Source: Terriglobia bacterium | Lineage (GTDB): Bacteria; Acidobacteriota; Terriglobia; 2-12-FULL-54-10 | Direction of reading: 5' to 3' | Length of the DNA stretch: 64,000 nt | Assembly: GCA_963666975.2 (NCBI GenBank) | Contig: CAXVYR010000004.1 | Location: forward strand, 1,600,001 to 1,664,000 | In this document: positions 44,604-55,650 of the stretch, in pieces | Numbering within the stretch: position 1 is the stretch's first letter | Layout: each line of letters starts with the position of its first letter | Notes under the pieces: model-generated | Told to the model about the DNA's origin: nothing | Databases searched by the model: none | The model's input: the letters and a program-made list of their open reading frames with translations, nothing else | Program-made: the position numbers and the translations under genes

Positions 44604-46052
44604 CTAAATAGCCGGTTTCCGGTTGTGCCAATCGGTGGCAGATTCGTAGGCATGGGCCAGCGCCAGCACAACGGAATCCCGAAACGGGGCGGCGCAGATC
44701 TGCAACCCGATGGGCAGGCCCGGCGGCGAGGTAGAAAACCCGGCGGGCACGGAAACGGCTGGAAACCCGCACAGATTGAACAGTGACTGGAAGACAATTA
44801 TGGGATGAGGGTTCTCCACTTCAATAGCCGGGGTGGGTGTGGACGGGGTCAGCAGCGCATCGAGCGGCTTGAAAACCTGGAGCATTTCGCGGAGGAAGAC
44901 CTTGCGAATTTGCTGTGCCCGCAGATATTGGGAAGCCGTTAGCAAGGAACCGGCCTCCACGGTCGTCCGCACCTGGGACACTTGCGGACCGGATTGATTT
45001 TCCGGGCCATATTCATCGGCTCGTGTCCGAAGGAACTGGCGATGATAGGTTGCTGCTTCGCTGATTCGGATAATGGTATGGGCTCGCCGCGCAACCGCTG
45101 TGCTCGAAGGCAAACTCACTTCCCGAATCTCCGCTCCGAGCCCTTCCATCATCTGCGCGGCACTCGTAAATGCGTTCCGTATATCGGAGTGGAAATCTTC
45201 CATCGCGGAGGCGGGCAGAATTCCCAGCCGCATGCCCCGGACATCTCTTCGCAAAAGACCAGGGTAGTCGGGAACCGGCGCCCGCGCGCTGTAGCGGTCG
45301 TTGGGATCATAGCCGGCCGTGGCCTTGAGAAGGATGGCGCAATCCTCTACACGCTTGGCCAAGGGGCCCAGATGGTCGAGCGTCCAGCTAATGGGGACCA
45401 CCCCGTAGCGGCTGACCACGCCAAAGGTCGGCTTGTGGCCCACCACGCCGCAGATGCTGGCAGGGATGCGAATAGAGCCGGAGGTGTCCCCGCCGGTCGC
45501 CCCTAATAGCATGGAAGCGGCCAGGGCCGCCGCCGAGCCTCCGCTCGACCCGCTGGCGTTGCGGGACAAATCCCACGGGTTATGCGTCCCCGGCGTCACC
45601 CCGCCGAAGGAGAATTCCGGCAGCCGGGTTTTGCCGATGAGGATTGCTCCGGCTTCTTGCAAGCGGCGGACGATGGTGGCGTCAAAATCCGGGACAAAAT
45701 TTTTCAGCATCGCCGCTGCGGCCGTGGTGGGGATGCCGCGCGTGTAATATGTGTCCTTGTATCCCACCGGAATGCCGTGCAGCGGACCCCGGTAGTTTCC
45801 CTGCTGAATCTCGCGCTCGGCGGCGCGGGCGGCCTCCAGCGCCTGCTCGGCGGCTACCGTGATAAAGGCTCCCACCTTGGGTTCGAGCGCCGTGATGCGA
45901 TCGAGCACCGCCTGGGTCAGCTCGACCGGCGACAGTTGCTTTTGCTGAATCTGCCTCGCCGCTTCCACCAAGGTAAGCGACGGCAGATCGAGCCCTCTTG
46001 ACGGGGCTGTCAAGCCTGCCTGCGAGGGAATGAACGCTGAAGGTTCTGCCAT
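44604..46052 (-). CDS. Amidase signature family protein
   Basis: GPLHGIPVGYKD, GSSGGSAAA and GGDTSGSIRIPAS. Confidence 0.93.
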   Translation of the reverse strand: MAEPSAFIPSQAGLTAPSRGLDLPSLTLVEAARQIQQKQLSPVELTQAVLDRITALEPKVGAFITVAAEQALEAARAAEREIQQGNYRGPLHGIPVGYKDTYYTRGIPTTAAAAMLKNFVPDFDATIVRRLQEAGAILIGKTRLPEFSFGGVTPGTHNPWDLSRNASGSSGGSAAALAASMLLGATGGDTSGSIRIPASICGVVGHKPTFGVVSRYGVVPISWTLDHLGPLAKRVEDCAILLKATAGYDPNDRYSARAPVPDYPGLLRRDVRGMRLGILPASAMEDFHSDIRNAFTSAAQMMEGLGAEIREVSLPSSTAVARRAHTIIRISEAATYHRQFLRTRADEYGPENQSGPQVSQVRTTVEAGSLLTASQYLRAQQIRKVFLREMLQVFKPLDALLTPSTPTPAIEVENPHPIIVFQSLFNLCGFPAVSVPAGFSTSPPGLPIGLQICAAPFRDSVVLALAHAYESATDWHNRKPAI

Positions 46053-46199
46053 TGCAATTACGTCCCTTTTTCCCGAGAGCCTCCCGAACGGCTCTGCTGA
46101 TTAGCCCTTGAAAACGGTATTTTGACACGCTATCCTGCCCGCTCACAGCTTTTTATGGTCGGCAATCTCGCATAGCGGTTTTGAAAAAGGGTAAGCTAT

Positions 46200-47759
46200 A
46201 TGATCGAAGCCGGGCAAAAGGCCCCTGAGTTTTCTCCGGGCCGCCCTCAAGGGGAGCCTGCCCTTCTTGTATTTCTCGAAACCGACTGTCCCACCTGCCG
46301 CCTCACGGTTCCCTACCTCAATATCCTGGCAAAAAACTCGGCGCGTGTGATCGGTATTTCCCAGGACAGCGAGGCGCTCACACAGAACTTTATCGAAGAG
46401 ATGTCGATCGTCTTTCCGGTCACCATCGACCGTGATCTGAAAATATCACAGGCCTATGATCCCGAGGCCGTGCCGACATTGTTCTTGCTGGATAGCGCGG
46501 GTGTGGTTGTAAAAATGCAGGTCGGCTTCGACAAAGACGGGTTGAACGCCATTGCCGCCGAGATGGGACAGTCGCCCGTTGCCGGTGCTTATGACGGCGC
46601 CCCGGCGACCAAGCCGGGTTGTACTTCCAGGCATCTGGAGCCATCGGGCGCGGATGAAACGGCGCAGCCGCTGCAGCTCCACCGGGGGCGCGGCTCGCGC
46701 GCCACACGCTTCGCCCTGGCCGAGGGAGAAGACCCTTACGAATATTGCAGGAGGGTCTTCGGCGACCCGCTGCCGGTGGTTCCTCCGACGGTGGAGCGCG
46801 TGGAACGAATGTTGCAGGCGACTCCGCTCGGCCCCCAGGCCAGACAACTCGAACCCGACGAAGTGATCGGGCAGATTCCGCCTTGTTACGGCGAAGCGAC
46901 GGTCGAGAAAATCGCAGCCAATGCCGTGATGGCGGGATGCGCGCCGGAGATGATGCGGGCACTGATTCCGCTGGTCCGCGCCCTCTGCGATGAGCGGCTG
47001 AACATCCACGGCGTGCAGGCGACTACGCACTTTGCCGCCCCGCTCATCGTCGTCAACGGCCCCATCCGCAACGAGCTTGGTTTTGCATACCGGCAGAACG
47101 TGTTCAGCAACGTCCGCCGGGCCAACAGCACGCTGGGGCGGGCCATGCAGTTGATCCTGCTGAATCTGGGCGGGGGCAGGCCGGACGGAATTGACATGTC
47201 CGCGCTCGGCAACCCCGGCAAGTTTTCTTACTGCATCGCCGAGAACGAAGAGGAGAGTCCGTGGGAGCCGTTTCACGTCGAAATGGGTTTCCAGGCGGAC
47301 CAAAGCACGCTGACACTGTTTGCGGCGGAGCCGCCGCGCGGGGTGGCCGAACACAAAGCGCGCAGCGCCAAGGGGCTCTTGAAGACCATTACCCGCACCC
47401 TGGCCACCGTGTTTACCTACCGAGCTTGTATGGGCTACGAGGCGATGGTCGTCCTGGTCCCGGAACATGTGAAGACCATCCATCGGGACGGCTTCCGCAA
47501 GCAGGACGTGCGGCAATTCCTTTTCGAGAACACCGGCATTCCTGTCCGCGCCTATGACGGCGAGGCCGGCGAAGGCACGCAGTTTGTTTCTCACTACAAG
47601 GAAGTGACCATTGACGGGGAGCGCTGCTATCAGAAATTCCGCGCGCCGGAGTCGATCAAGATCGTCGTCGCCGGGGGAACCGCGGGGAAATTCTCCGCGG
47701 TGATCGGCGGCTGGGTCTCCGGACCGCGCGGCAGCCAAATGGTGACCTATCCAATCTAA
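46200..47759 (+). CDS. Redoxin (CPTC) domain fused to a UGSC-associated uncharacterised domain
   Basis: GQKAPEF, ETDCPTC, IGISQD and VPTLFL; C-terminal LPVVPPTVERVERM, TVEKIAANAVMAGC, RANSTLGRA, GNPGKF...AENEEESPW. Confidence 0.8.
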   Translation: MIEAGQKAPEFSPGRPQGEPALLVFLETDCPTCRLTVPYLNILAKNSARVIGISQDSEALTQNFIEEMSIVFPVTIDRDLKISQAYDPEAVPTLFLLDSAGVVVKMQVGFDKDGLNAIAAEMGQSPVAGAYDGAPATKPGCTSRHLEPSGADETAQPLQLHRGRGSRATRFALAEGEDPYEYCRRVFGDPLPVVPPTVERVERMLQATPLGPQARQLEPDEVIGQIPPCYGEATVEKIAANAVMAGCAPEMMRALIPLVRALCDERLNIHGVQATTHFAAPLIVVNGPIRNELGFAYRQNVFSNVRRANSTLGRAMQLILLNLGGGRPDGIDMSALGNPGKFSYCIAENEEESPWEPFHVEMGFQADQSTLTLFAAEPPRGVAEHKARSAKGLLKTITRTLATVFTYRACMGYEAMVVLVPEHVKTIHRDGFRKQDVRQFLFENTGIPVRAYDGEAGEGTQFVSHYKEVTIDGERCYQKFRAPESIKIVVAGGTAGKFSAVIGGWVSGPRGSQMVTYPI

Positions 47760-47771
47760 AGGAGAAAGCTT

Positions 47772-48320
47772 ATGCCTACGGTGATCGTGAATCCGCTAAA
47801 TGAAAATCAGCAAACCAGCGTCCCGGCTCCGCCGCGCCTGAAGACGCTGGAGGGAAAAACAGTCGGGCTTCTGGATATCAGCAAGCCGGGCGGCAGCGTC
47901 TTTCTCGACCGTATCGAGCGGCTGCTCAAAGAGCGCCACGGGGTTGCCTGCGTAGTGCGCGAGGTGAAGCCGACCTTCACCAAGCGTGCGCCCGGCGAGG
48001 TGATCGAGAAGCTGCGCGGCGTGGACGCCGTAATCGAGGCGCTGGCCGATTGAGGGTCGTGCACAACGTGCAGTTTGCACGATTCGATTCGCCTCGAAAA
48101 CTCAGGAATTGCGGCCGTCCCGGTGGCGACGCATGAGTTCATGCTGGCGGCGCGGGCGCAGGCGAGCGCGCTTGGCCGGCCGGACTTTGATGCCGTATAC
48201 GTGGAGCATCCGATTCAAGACCAGACGAAAGAAGCAATTGAAGCCAGGGCTGAAACCGCTCTGGGCGAAATCGTTGCGCGGCTGACGGGTGACGGTTGCC
48301 GGATTCTGGATTTTGGGTGA
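47772..48320 (+). CDS. UGSC-family selenoprotein (Sec at TGA 48051-48053), 182 aa
   Basis: AAGGAG RBS; ORFs 47772-48053 and 48075-48320 are in one frame; read-through gives ALAD-U-GSCTTC; a hairpin follows the UGA. Confidence 0.88.
48056..48083 (+). promoter_or_regulatory. SECIS-like hairpin
   Basis: GTCGTGCA pairs with TGCACGAT; inner AAC/GTT pairs around a G-containing loop GTGCA; directly 3' of the UGA. Confidence 0.6.
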
Positions 48321-48365
48321 CGGGCAGAGAAAACGATCCACTCCTCCCCTGCCCATACTGCAAAA

Positions 48366-50666
48366 TCAAAAGCGATGCGTGTAGGACATTTTCGCGGCAA
48401 CTCTCCGGTCCTGAGTGGTGAGCTGAAATTGCTCGTCGATCCAGTTGTGCGTGTAAACGAAAAAGATGTCATTGCCGGGACGGACAATCCAGCGCAACCG
48501 GGACTGCCAGCCAAGTTCCCGGCTCACCGAATCGAACTGGATATTGTTCACCAGCGAAATCCAGGGGTTGAACTGGTTCCGGAAAACCGCCTGGAGCAGG
48601 CGTGTCGAGAAGTTTCCTTCCGCCAGCTCGACGCGATTCCATTCCCCTTCCAGATTGACGAGAAACCCCTTGCGCAGCCGAAAATTCAGATCGAGTGAGA
48701 TCTCCCGGCGGTTTCCGGAAAAGAAGCTTCCCAGAGTATATTCCACCCCCACGGCCACCCGCCTCCGCCGCGCCGTTCTGGCCTCGAACTCGTAGCGGGT
48801 AAACCGGTATCGATTCCCCTCGGGCAGCGTGATCTCATCCTCGAGGATTTCGAAATCCTCTTCCAAACGCTCCACGGTGGGATGGATACGGAATGCAATG
48901 TTGTCGCCGGAGTGAAGGAACATCTGGAAAAGCGCGATGTCGAACCTTCGGGTAACCATGCGATTCGACAAATCGGTCAGCAGCTCCAGATTGCTGCCGA
49001 AGCTGAACCGGCGAATCCAGGGATGATCCTTCGGACGGGGAGAATAAAAGAGGGCCGGATTGTAGCGCCGGAAATTTTCCCGCCGCGTGAAGCCCAGCGC
49101 CGGATCGTAGTTTTCCTGCAACTCCCGGATTGAGACCCGCGCGCGCCACACATCATTCGGATAGTTGAACCTCATCCCGTAAGCCTTGCTCTTGCCGGTT
49201 CCCAGCGGGTTGTTATTCCAAACGTAAAAGCCGGTGAGCTCCAGGTTTTGGGAGCCGCGGAACTGCGAGGTCGCCAGGGCGAAGTCCATTCCCAAGGTGT
49301 GGCGGTCCGGCTCCGGGCCGATGCGGGCCGCCCGGCGCGTGTACAGCATTCCGAGGTAAGACTTCTGCAAGAACCGGCGTCTCGTTCGGAGAACCGTGAA
49401 ATCTTCCCCTGTAAATACTCCCTCGTTCGCCGTCCGAATTTGCAGGAAGCCGAGATCGAAAGCTCCTATTTGTCCGGTGAGCTTTCCGCCGAAGTCGATT
49501 GCTTGTGGCAGGTCGGATTCTTCATTCAGGCCGATTCGTCGGCTGAAGAAAGGCTCCACCTGATTGGGCGCAAAATCAAAGAAGTTGCTTCCCTCCAGGA
49601 AAAAGGTCCGCTTCTCGGGGAAACGCAGGGGAAAGCGTGTCAAATTGACGAGGCGGTCGTCCACTTCCGTCTCAGCAAAATCTGTATTCAGCGTAAAATT
49701 GGCGCGCAAACCCGGTGTCAGATTGTAGAAAAAGTCTGCGCCCACATCCCCGGTTCGCACAGCGGAGGGCATCCTATCCCCGGGAGCATGCGTGATGCTG
49801 CCCACCACGTAGGGCTTGAAGTCGAGCCCGAAACCCTGGCTGATGTCCGAAAGCCCTTCCAGCAAACCCGTGTTGGACATCCGGAACAAACCCTGGTTGC
49901 GCGGAAAGCCCATCCACAAACTTTCTTCGTTCTTCCGGCGCACGGTTCGCTGAAAGTTGATTCCCCAGGCCGGGGCGTTTTCGTCGAAGTTTAACGTCCG
50001 AAAGGGAATCACGATTTCGATGGTCCAGCCGATCTCGCTTCGCTGCACACGAACATTCCAGATTCCATCCCAGGATTTGTTAATGCCGAAGCCTCTGGGG
50101 CCTCTTCCTCCACCGGGATCGATCAAACCGTCTCCCATTAGTCCGGATGGATTGACCTCGAAGAAATAACCGGAGCGGCCGTCGAGGTAGGGATCAATCG
50201 TCCACATGAAGCGGTCATCTCCGGAAAGCGGCTGGTCGCGCTGCAGTTGGTTTCCCAGCAACTTATCCGGCTCGGAATCGTAACAGATGACGCCCAAATA
50301 CAAACGGTTCTGGTCAAACACCGCCCGCACCTCGGTGCGCTCTGTGGCCGGCTGTCCATTCAGCGGGTCTTGCTGCAGGAAGTTCGTGGCCGGGACGGCG
50401 CGGTCCCACACGGGCTCATCGAGATTGCCGTCCAGCCGGATGGATTCAATTTCTCCCAGGCGGATGGCAGTCAGAACCCGCCGGCCATCCTCTTCCATGC
50501 TTCTTTGTTGTGCTTGAGGTTGCGCTCGGGGTTGCGCTTGGGACTGCGCTTGGGGCTGCGCATGGACTTGGACTCCGCCCAGAAGCAGGAAGAAAAGCCA
50601 GCAAAGGATAGGAAGGCTGATTGCGACCAACTGAGCGGAACAGCACGGGAAGTTACAGCTTTTCAT
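48366..50666 (-). CDS. DUF5916 / CBM9-like domain outer-membrane protein (paralog of 21821-24037)
   Basis: LDGNLDE..W, ATERTEV, NTDFAETEVD...NLTRFPLRFPEKRTFFLE; terminal Phe. Confidence 0.88.
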   Translation of the reverse strand: MKSCNFPCCSAQLVAISLPILCWLFFLLLGGVQVHAQPQAQSQAQPRAQPQAQQRSMEEDGRRVLTAIRLGEIESIRLDGNLDEPVWDRAVPATNFLQQDPLNGQPATERTEVRAVFDQNRLYLGVICYDSEPDKLLGNQLQRDQPLSGDDRFMWTIDPYLDGRSGYFFEVNPSGLMGDGLIDPGGGRGPRGFGINKSWDGIWNVRVQRSEIGWTIEIVIPFRTLNFDENAPAWGINFQRTVRRKNEESLWMGFPRNQGLFRMSNTGLLEGLSDISQGFGLDFKPYVVGSITHAPGDRMPSAVRTGDVGADFFYNLTPGLRANFTLNTDFAETEVDDRLVNLTRFPLRFPEKRTFFLEGSNFFDFAPNQVEPFFSRRIGLNEESDLPQAIDFGGKLTGQIGAFDLGFLQIRTANEGVFTGEDFTVLRTRRRFLQKSYLGMLYTRRAARIGPEPDRHTLGMDFALATSQFRGSQNLELTGFYVWNNNPLGTGKSKAYGMRFNYPNDVWRARVSIRELQENYDPALGFTRRENFRRYNPALFYSPRPKDHPWIRRFSFGSNLELLTDLSNRMVTRRFDIALFQMFLHSGDNIAFRIHPTVERLEEDFEILEDEITLPEGNRYRFTRYEFEARTARRRRVAVGVEYTLGSFFSGNRREISLDLNFRLRKGFLVNLEGEWNRVELAEGNFSTRLLQAVFRNQFNPWISLVNNIQFDSVSRELGWQSRLRWIVRPGNDIFFVYTHNWIDEQFQLTTQDRRVAAKMSYTHRF

Positions 50667-51087
50667 ACTAAATCTTATCGGCCTTCCCGGCTGATTCGCT
50701 TACTCGGAGTTTCGCCCCGGAATTCTATTATGGGAATATTAGAACTCGACCTTACACTACTATGTAGTTTATCCCAGCCGTCTTTTTGACTCAAGCTTAG
50801 ATGGTCAGGGGTGCTTTTAGGTTGCCCTCCGGCGCTGAGAACTTAGCTTCTGCAGGCTTGTCTGATCTGGCTTCCACCTCTCGGCGCTCTCCCCCGTAAA
50901 CGAAAGCTGCGGCAAGAGAAGATGTACAAGATTCAGTTCAGCCGTTCAGCGTTGGCAAGCGCGGTGGGTAGTTAGACGAGAGGATGGGTAGTTCAAGATA
51001 GATGGATGTGTTTTGGCCTTCCACAAAATCGCCTGCAAAAATTTGTACTGCGGGCTGGAGCGATCTGTACAGTCAGCCGCTCATTCA

Positions 51088-52218
51088 TCAAGAAACTGCA
51101 ACCAGGAATTCCTCGAGGACTGCTGTCTCTGGTTCGTCTTTGCTGTTTTTCACCCTCTCCGGAAACATGCAGATTGCACCCGCTTCTCTTTTCACATTCT
51201 GCCGTCCCGCCTGTATCCACTCTGCGGGCGGGATAGCCAGAAAAGCTTCCACCACCTTTGGATCGTACTGGCTCCCGGAACCGTTCCGAATTTCCTCGCG
51301 TGCCACCTCATCGGAGCGCATTTTTCGGTAGGGCCGGTCGTTGGTGATGGCGTCGTAGGTGTCCACCACCGCAAAGGTTCTCGCTCCCAGGCAGATCTCC
51401 TCACCCCGAAGCCCCTGCGGATAGCCTCCGCCTCCATACTGCTCATGGTGCTGGATCACAATCTTTGTGCCCTCTTCCAGGCCTGGAATCTCTGTAACGA
51501 TGTTATATCCCGCGTCCACATGCTTTTTCATCAGGTCCCACTCGTCGGGGTTCAGCGGGCCGGGTTTGAAAAGCACGCGGTCGGGCACCACAACTTTGCC
51601 GATATCATGCAGGAGAGATCCCAGACGAATGCTATCTATCTCCCCGGCGCTCAGACCCATTTTCCGAGCGAGGAAGTGGGCATAATTGCTGACTCTTTGG
51701 ACATGGGCGAACGTTTCAATATCTCGCAGCTCTAAGGTCTTGCAAAAGGACTCCATCGTTGCGAAGGCGATGGACCGGGATTCGTTCACCACCTCTTGCA
51801 ACCGGCACCGCAAGCCGAGCATTTCCTGCTCCTTCCTCGCGAGCGCCTGTTTCTTGGATACCGCTTCCCGCACCGAGCATTCTGCCGTCTTAAAATCAAA
51901 AGGCTTGAGGAGGAAGTCGGAGACGCCCAAACGCAAGGCTTGGATAGCCATATCCATGCTTTCAGTGCCGGTCATCAGGATCACAGCGATCTCCGGGTTG
52001 GACTGGAGGATGTTACGCGCCACATCCAATCCGTTCATGCTGGGCATGACTACGTCGCTGAGAACAACCTGGGGTTGTAGCTTTTGAAAGATGGACAGTG
52101 CCTCCTGGCCGCTGCCTGCTGTCTGGCAACTATAACCGCGTGTGGAGAAGAGGTTGGCGATAACCTCACAAACCTGCGGCTCATCGTCTACAACCAGCAT
52201 GCTTCGGCTCTCTTGCAT
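51088..52218 (-). CDS. Response regulator with HD-GYP phosphodiesterase domain (RpfG-like)
   Basis: AGGAGG RBS before ATG 52218; LVVDD, SDVVMP and LKPF; HDIGK and HHEQY.GGGYPQGL. Confidence 0.92.
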   Translation of the reverse strand: MQESRSMLVVDDEPQVCEVIANLFSTRGYSCQTAGSGQEALSIFQKLQPQVVLSDVVMPSMNGLDVARNILQSNPEIAVILMTGTESMDMAIQALRLGVSDFLLKPFDFKTAECSVREAVSKKQALARKEQEMLGLRCRLQEVVNESRSIAFATMESFCKTLELRDIETFAHVQRVSNYAHFLARKMGLSAGEIDSIRLGSLLHDIGKVVVPDRVLFKPGPLNPDEWDLMKKHVDAGYNIVTEIPGLEEGTKIVIQHHEQYGGGGYPQGLRGEEICLGARTFAVVDTYDAITNDRPYRKMRSDEVAREEIRNGSGSQYDPKVVEAFLAIPPAEWIQAGRQNVKREAGAICMFPERVKNSKDEPETAVLEEFLVAVS

Positions 52219-52457
52219 TGTGCGTCTCCTCCTTTGGATCAGTAAGGAACCCTGCAGCACATGGCGCTGAGGATGATCTTGGTTTAGCAATTCGCGTTCC
52301 ACGCCGGAAACTTCTTCGATTGGATTCGGGAAGTTGTTTTGATTTAGAGTGATATGCAACCTAATGGCAGAGTGCCGGACGTGCTCAAGCAAGAAGCTGG
52401 AATGCGGAGACTGTCGAAAAATGAGACATCCGCGCGGGAGAAATGGGCTTTCCACCC

Positions 52458-53906
52458 GAAGGTGTCCCAAACTCAGTTGCAGGTTGGGACGGCGGGTTGA
52501 GTTCATATTACGCCACTTTCTCCTTGTGAGAGGAAGCAGCGTTTGGACTTCGGCCGAGAATCGATGCCAAAGCCCAGAGATCGTGATAACCCATGATCTT
52601 CCGGAAATTCTTCTCGGTCAGCAGAAACGCTCCTGCCACCCAGCGCAACGTCATCTCGCCGTCGCGCCAGCGGCAAACATTGCCAGTCTTTTTCCGCACG
52701 CCCGACTGCGGGCTCTCGATGAGGTTCGTGGTTGCCAGGCAGCGGTGGAGGCTGGGAGGAACGTCGGCTCGATTGATCGTAAAGGTCTCCTCCAACCCTT
52801 CGCGCAAGCTGGCGGCTGCTGCCGGATGATCGCACTCGATCATCCCAGCGAGCTTTTTTATGCGCACGATGCCTTCCTCGGCTTGGGGCAATCGCCAGGC
52901 GGCGCGCATCAGCGACCGCACCTGATTCGCCAGCATTTTGTCGCCCTTTGGTAACCGCTCAGCCACGTTGCGCAGCTTATGAGTACGGCAACGCTGCACC
53001 AGCTGATTGCTGCCGAATACTTCCTCGATCCCCGCGCGGAGCGCTTTGGCGCCGTCGATCACAAACAGATAGCGCTGATCCGTGCGCAGACCTTGCTGGC
53101 GCAGGCGGGTGAGAAGGTCTTTCACCGCAGCGGCGTTTTCGGTCGCGCCCAGTTGAATCCCCAGCACATGCTTGCGGCCCTCGCTGTCCACGCCCACGGC
53201 GCTGATGACGTGGTGGGAGCCGAACCGCATTCCGTCCAGGTAAATCACCAGAATCTCGACCTCCTCCCAGCGCCGCGCCAACAGTTCTTCCAGCCGCCGC
53301 GCTCCTTGCTCGGCCGCTTCCCGGCTCACCTGAGACTTCGACACCCCAGCGCTGTTGGCCATCTCCGGGATCACCTCGCGGTAGTTCCGCGTCGAAACCC
53401 CTTTCAACAGTGCCTCGAACATCTCCTCGCCCGTCTTCTCGCTTTTCCGCAGCGCTTCGTAGGCCGGCACCGCTTCTTCCCCTCCGCCCTTCCGGCGCAG
53501 CCGGGGCCGCTCCACCCGCAGCTGGCGATCGGCCAGTTTCACCCTCCCCAATTGCCGGCCATGCCAGCGCACCTCTCCGCTCGCCTTCCCGGGACTCTTT
53601 GGCCCCGCGATTTGCTCTGCGCTCATGCTCAGAATCGTTTCAATCAAACCTCGCCCGGCCCGATCAATCACCTCATCCAACGCCAGACGCGCCTCCGTGA
53701 TCAGATCCACCACCGGCAACAGCATCTGTCCGTTGGTTTGGCAAAACTTCTGGATGGTTTCTTCGGCTCCCTTGGAACCCAGTTCCAAAACGTGATATTT
53801 TCCCTTCATTCGGCGGTTCTCCTTCTATAGGATTTAGGCTTGGCCCGATTCTATTCGATTCGGGCCGAACCGCCGTTCAACCTTCAACTATGTATGGGAC
53901 ACCCTC
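52458..53906 (-). mobile_element. IS256-family insertion sequence, copy 3 (apparently intact, 1449 bp)
   Basis: Same IRs; TSD TTCCACCC (52450-52457, 53907-53914); uninterrupted 433-aa transposase at 52508-53809. Confidence 0.96.
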
Positions 53907-54235
53907 TTCCACCCGCAAACTGCCGTACTCAGAAACTTTTCCCTGTTGCGGATCGAGGATCGGAAACTTCCACAGCCATTGCGCGCATCGCCGGGACGTT
54001 AAGAATCTAAACGACGTTACCAAGAGATAAAACAAACCGGAAGAGCCGCAGTCAGCTTCTCTCATTTTTATTGAGCCGCTGAATTTGCTGCTGTTTCATT
54101 TCTGTACAGCAAGCCGTTGCATGGACAGCCTGCCTGTCCATTGACAAACTTACATTTGCCGGGTGTGGTGAACTATGTATAGTGAACTGTGCGCAGTGAA
54201 CTATTTGTAAAATTGTTAGAACTTTCCGGAAAGGC

Positions 54236-55650
54236 TTACTGTTTCTGCAGTGAGGGCTGCACCTTCTCGTCAACCACCTTTTGGCCATTTGCTTTCTGAC
54301 TAATCAAGCGATACAGGGTGGCGCGGCTGATGCCCAGCATTTCAGCGGCCCTCACTTTGTTGCCGCCGGTATGCTCCAGAACCTGCAAAGCATAGCGTCG
54401 GTTATATTCCTCGAGCGACACCCACTTCTCCTCCCCGGATACCAACTCCGGGAGAAAACATCGCAGGTGTTCCGGCAGGTCCGCGCTGTCAATGACTTTA
54501 CCCCCCGTCATCATGCAGGCGTTGCCCAGGACGTTTTCCAATTCCCGCACGTTGCCCGGCCATGCATACCGGGCCAGCAGGGCCTGCGCCCGGCGGGTGA
54601 TGCCTCGGATCGGTTTTTTGTATTGAGCGGAGAAGTGCTCCACAAAATAGCGCTCCAGCAGCGGCACATCCTCTTTCCTGTCGGCCAGTGCGGGAAGGTG
54701 GATTTCGACCATAGAGAGCCGGTAATAGAGATCTTCCCGGAATTGCCCGGTCGCCATCATGGCCCGCAGGTCTCGATTGGTGGCGGCAATCACCCGCACG
54801 TCGGTCTTGCGGACGGTGGGAGAACCGACGCGCTGAATCTCCTGGCTTTGGAGCACCCGCAACAGCTTGGCCTGCGTCGTGAGCGGTATCTCGCCGATTT
54901 CATCCAGCAGCAGCGTCCCGCCCTGGGCATATTCAAAGTAGCCGAGTTTGTCTTGGGTAGCGCCGGTAAAGGCTCCCTTTACATAGCCGAACAATTCACT
55001 CTCAAAGATGGTTTCCACCACAGCCGAGCAATTGCACACCGCAAAGGGTCCCGGTGCAAAGGGACTTCGTTTGTGCAGAGCCCGCGCCACCAGCTCCTTT
55101 CCGGTTCCGGTCGCCCCGGTGACCAAAACCGTTCGGAAATGCGGCGCCACGCGGCGAATGCGGCTGTAAACCCCCAACATCAGGGGGCTGCGGCCGACGA
55201 TGCCCTCAAACTGATAGGAGTCCAGCAGTTCACGGTCGAGCTGCAGGGTCCGGTGCCGCTGGCGAGCTTCCGCCGCCAGTCCGTCAACCATCCGCCACAA
55301 ACGATCCGCATCCAGCGGCTTGGTTAGAGATATTCACTGGCGCCGCTCTGGATCGCCGCCACTGCCGATTCAGTCGCAGTGGGGTGGGTCATTAAGATCA
55401 CGTCGGTCCCGGAATCCGCTTCCAGAATCCCCTCTAACAACGCACCGCCTTTCCCTCCCGGCATCATCCAATCGAGCAGCACAATTTGGGGATGTTCTTG
55501 GTGGACCAGTTGCAGGCCCTCGTTGGAGTCCTTGGCAGAGAGAACCTTAAAGCCATCGCGCGACAAGGCATCGGAGATAACTTCCCGGCATGCTGGATCG
55601 TCCTCAATCGCTAGAACAGTTATGGAAAAATCTTCACCAGTAGTCATCAA
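54236..55650 (-). pseudogene. NtrC-family sigma-54 response regulator, frameshift near 55327
   Basis: Receiver (IEDD, LLDWMMP) at 55324-55650; AAA+ [25 protein letters not shown] and a Fis HTH. Removing 2 bp restores EYLTKPLD. Confidence 0.87.

Noticed and set aside
52219-52506. N-terminal extension of the HD-GYP regulator in the ORF track
   Set aside because: It begins inside the IS256 end; a strong RBS supports ATG 52218.
38709-53906. Composite transposon bounded by IS256 copies 2 and 3
   Set aside because: Each copy is flanked by its own matching 8-bp TSD, so they inserted independently.
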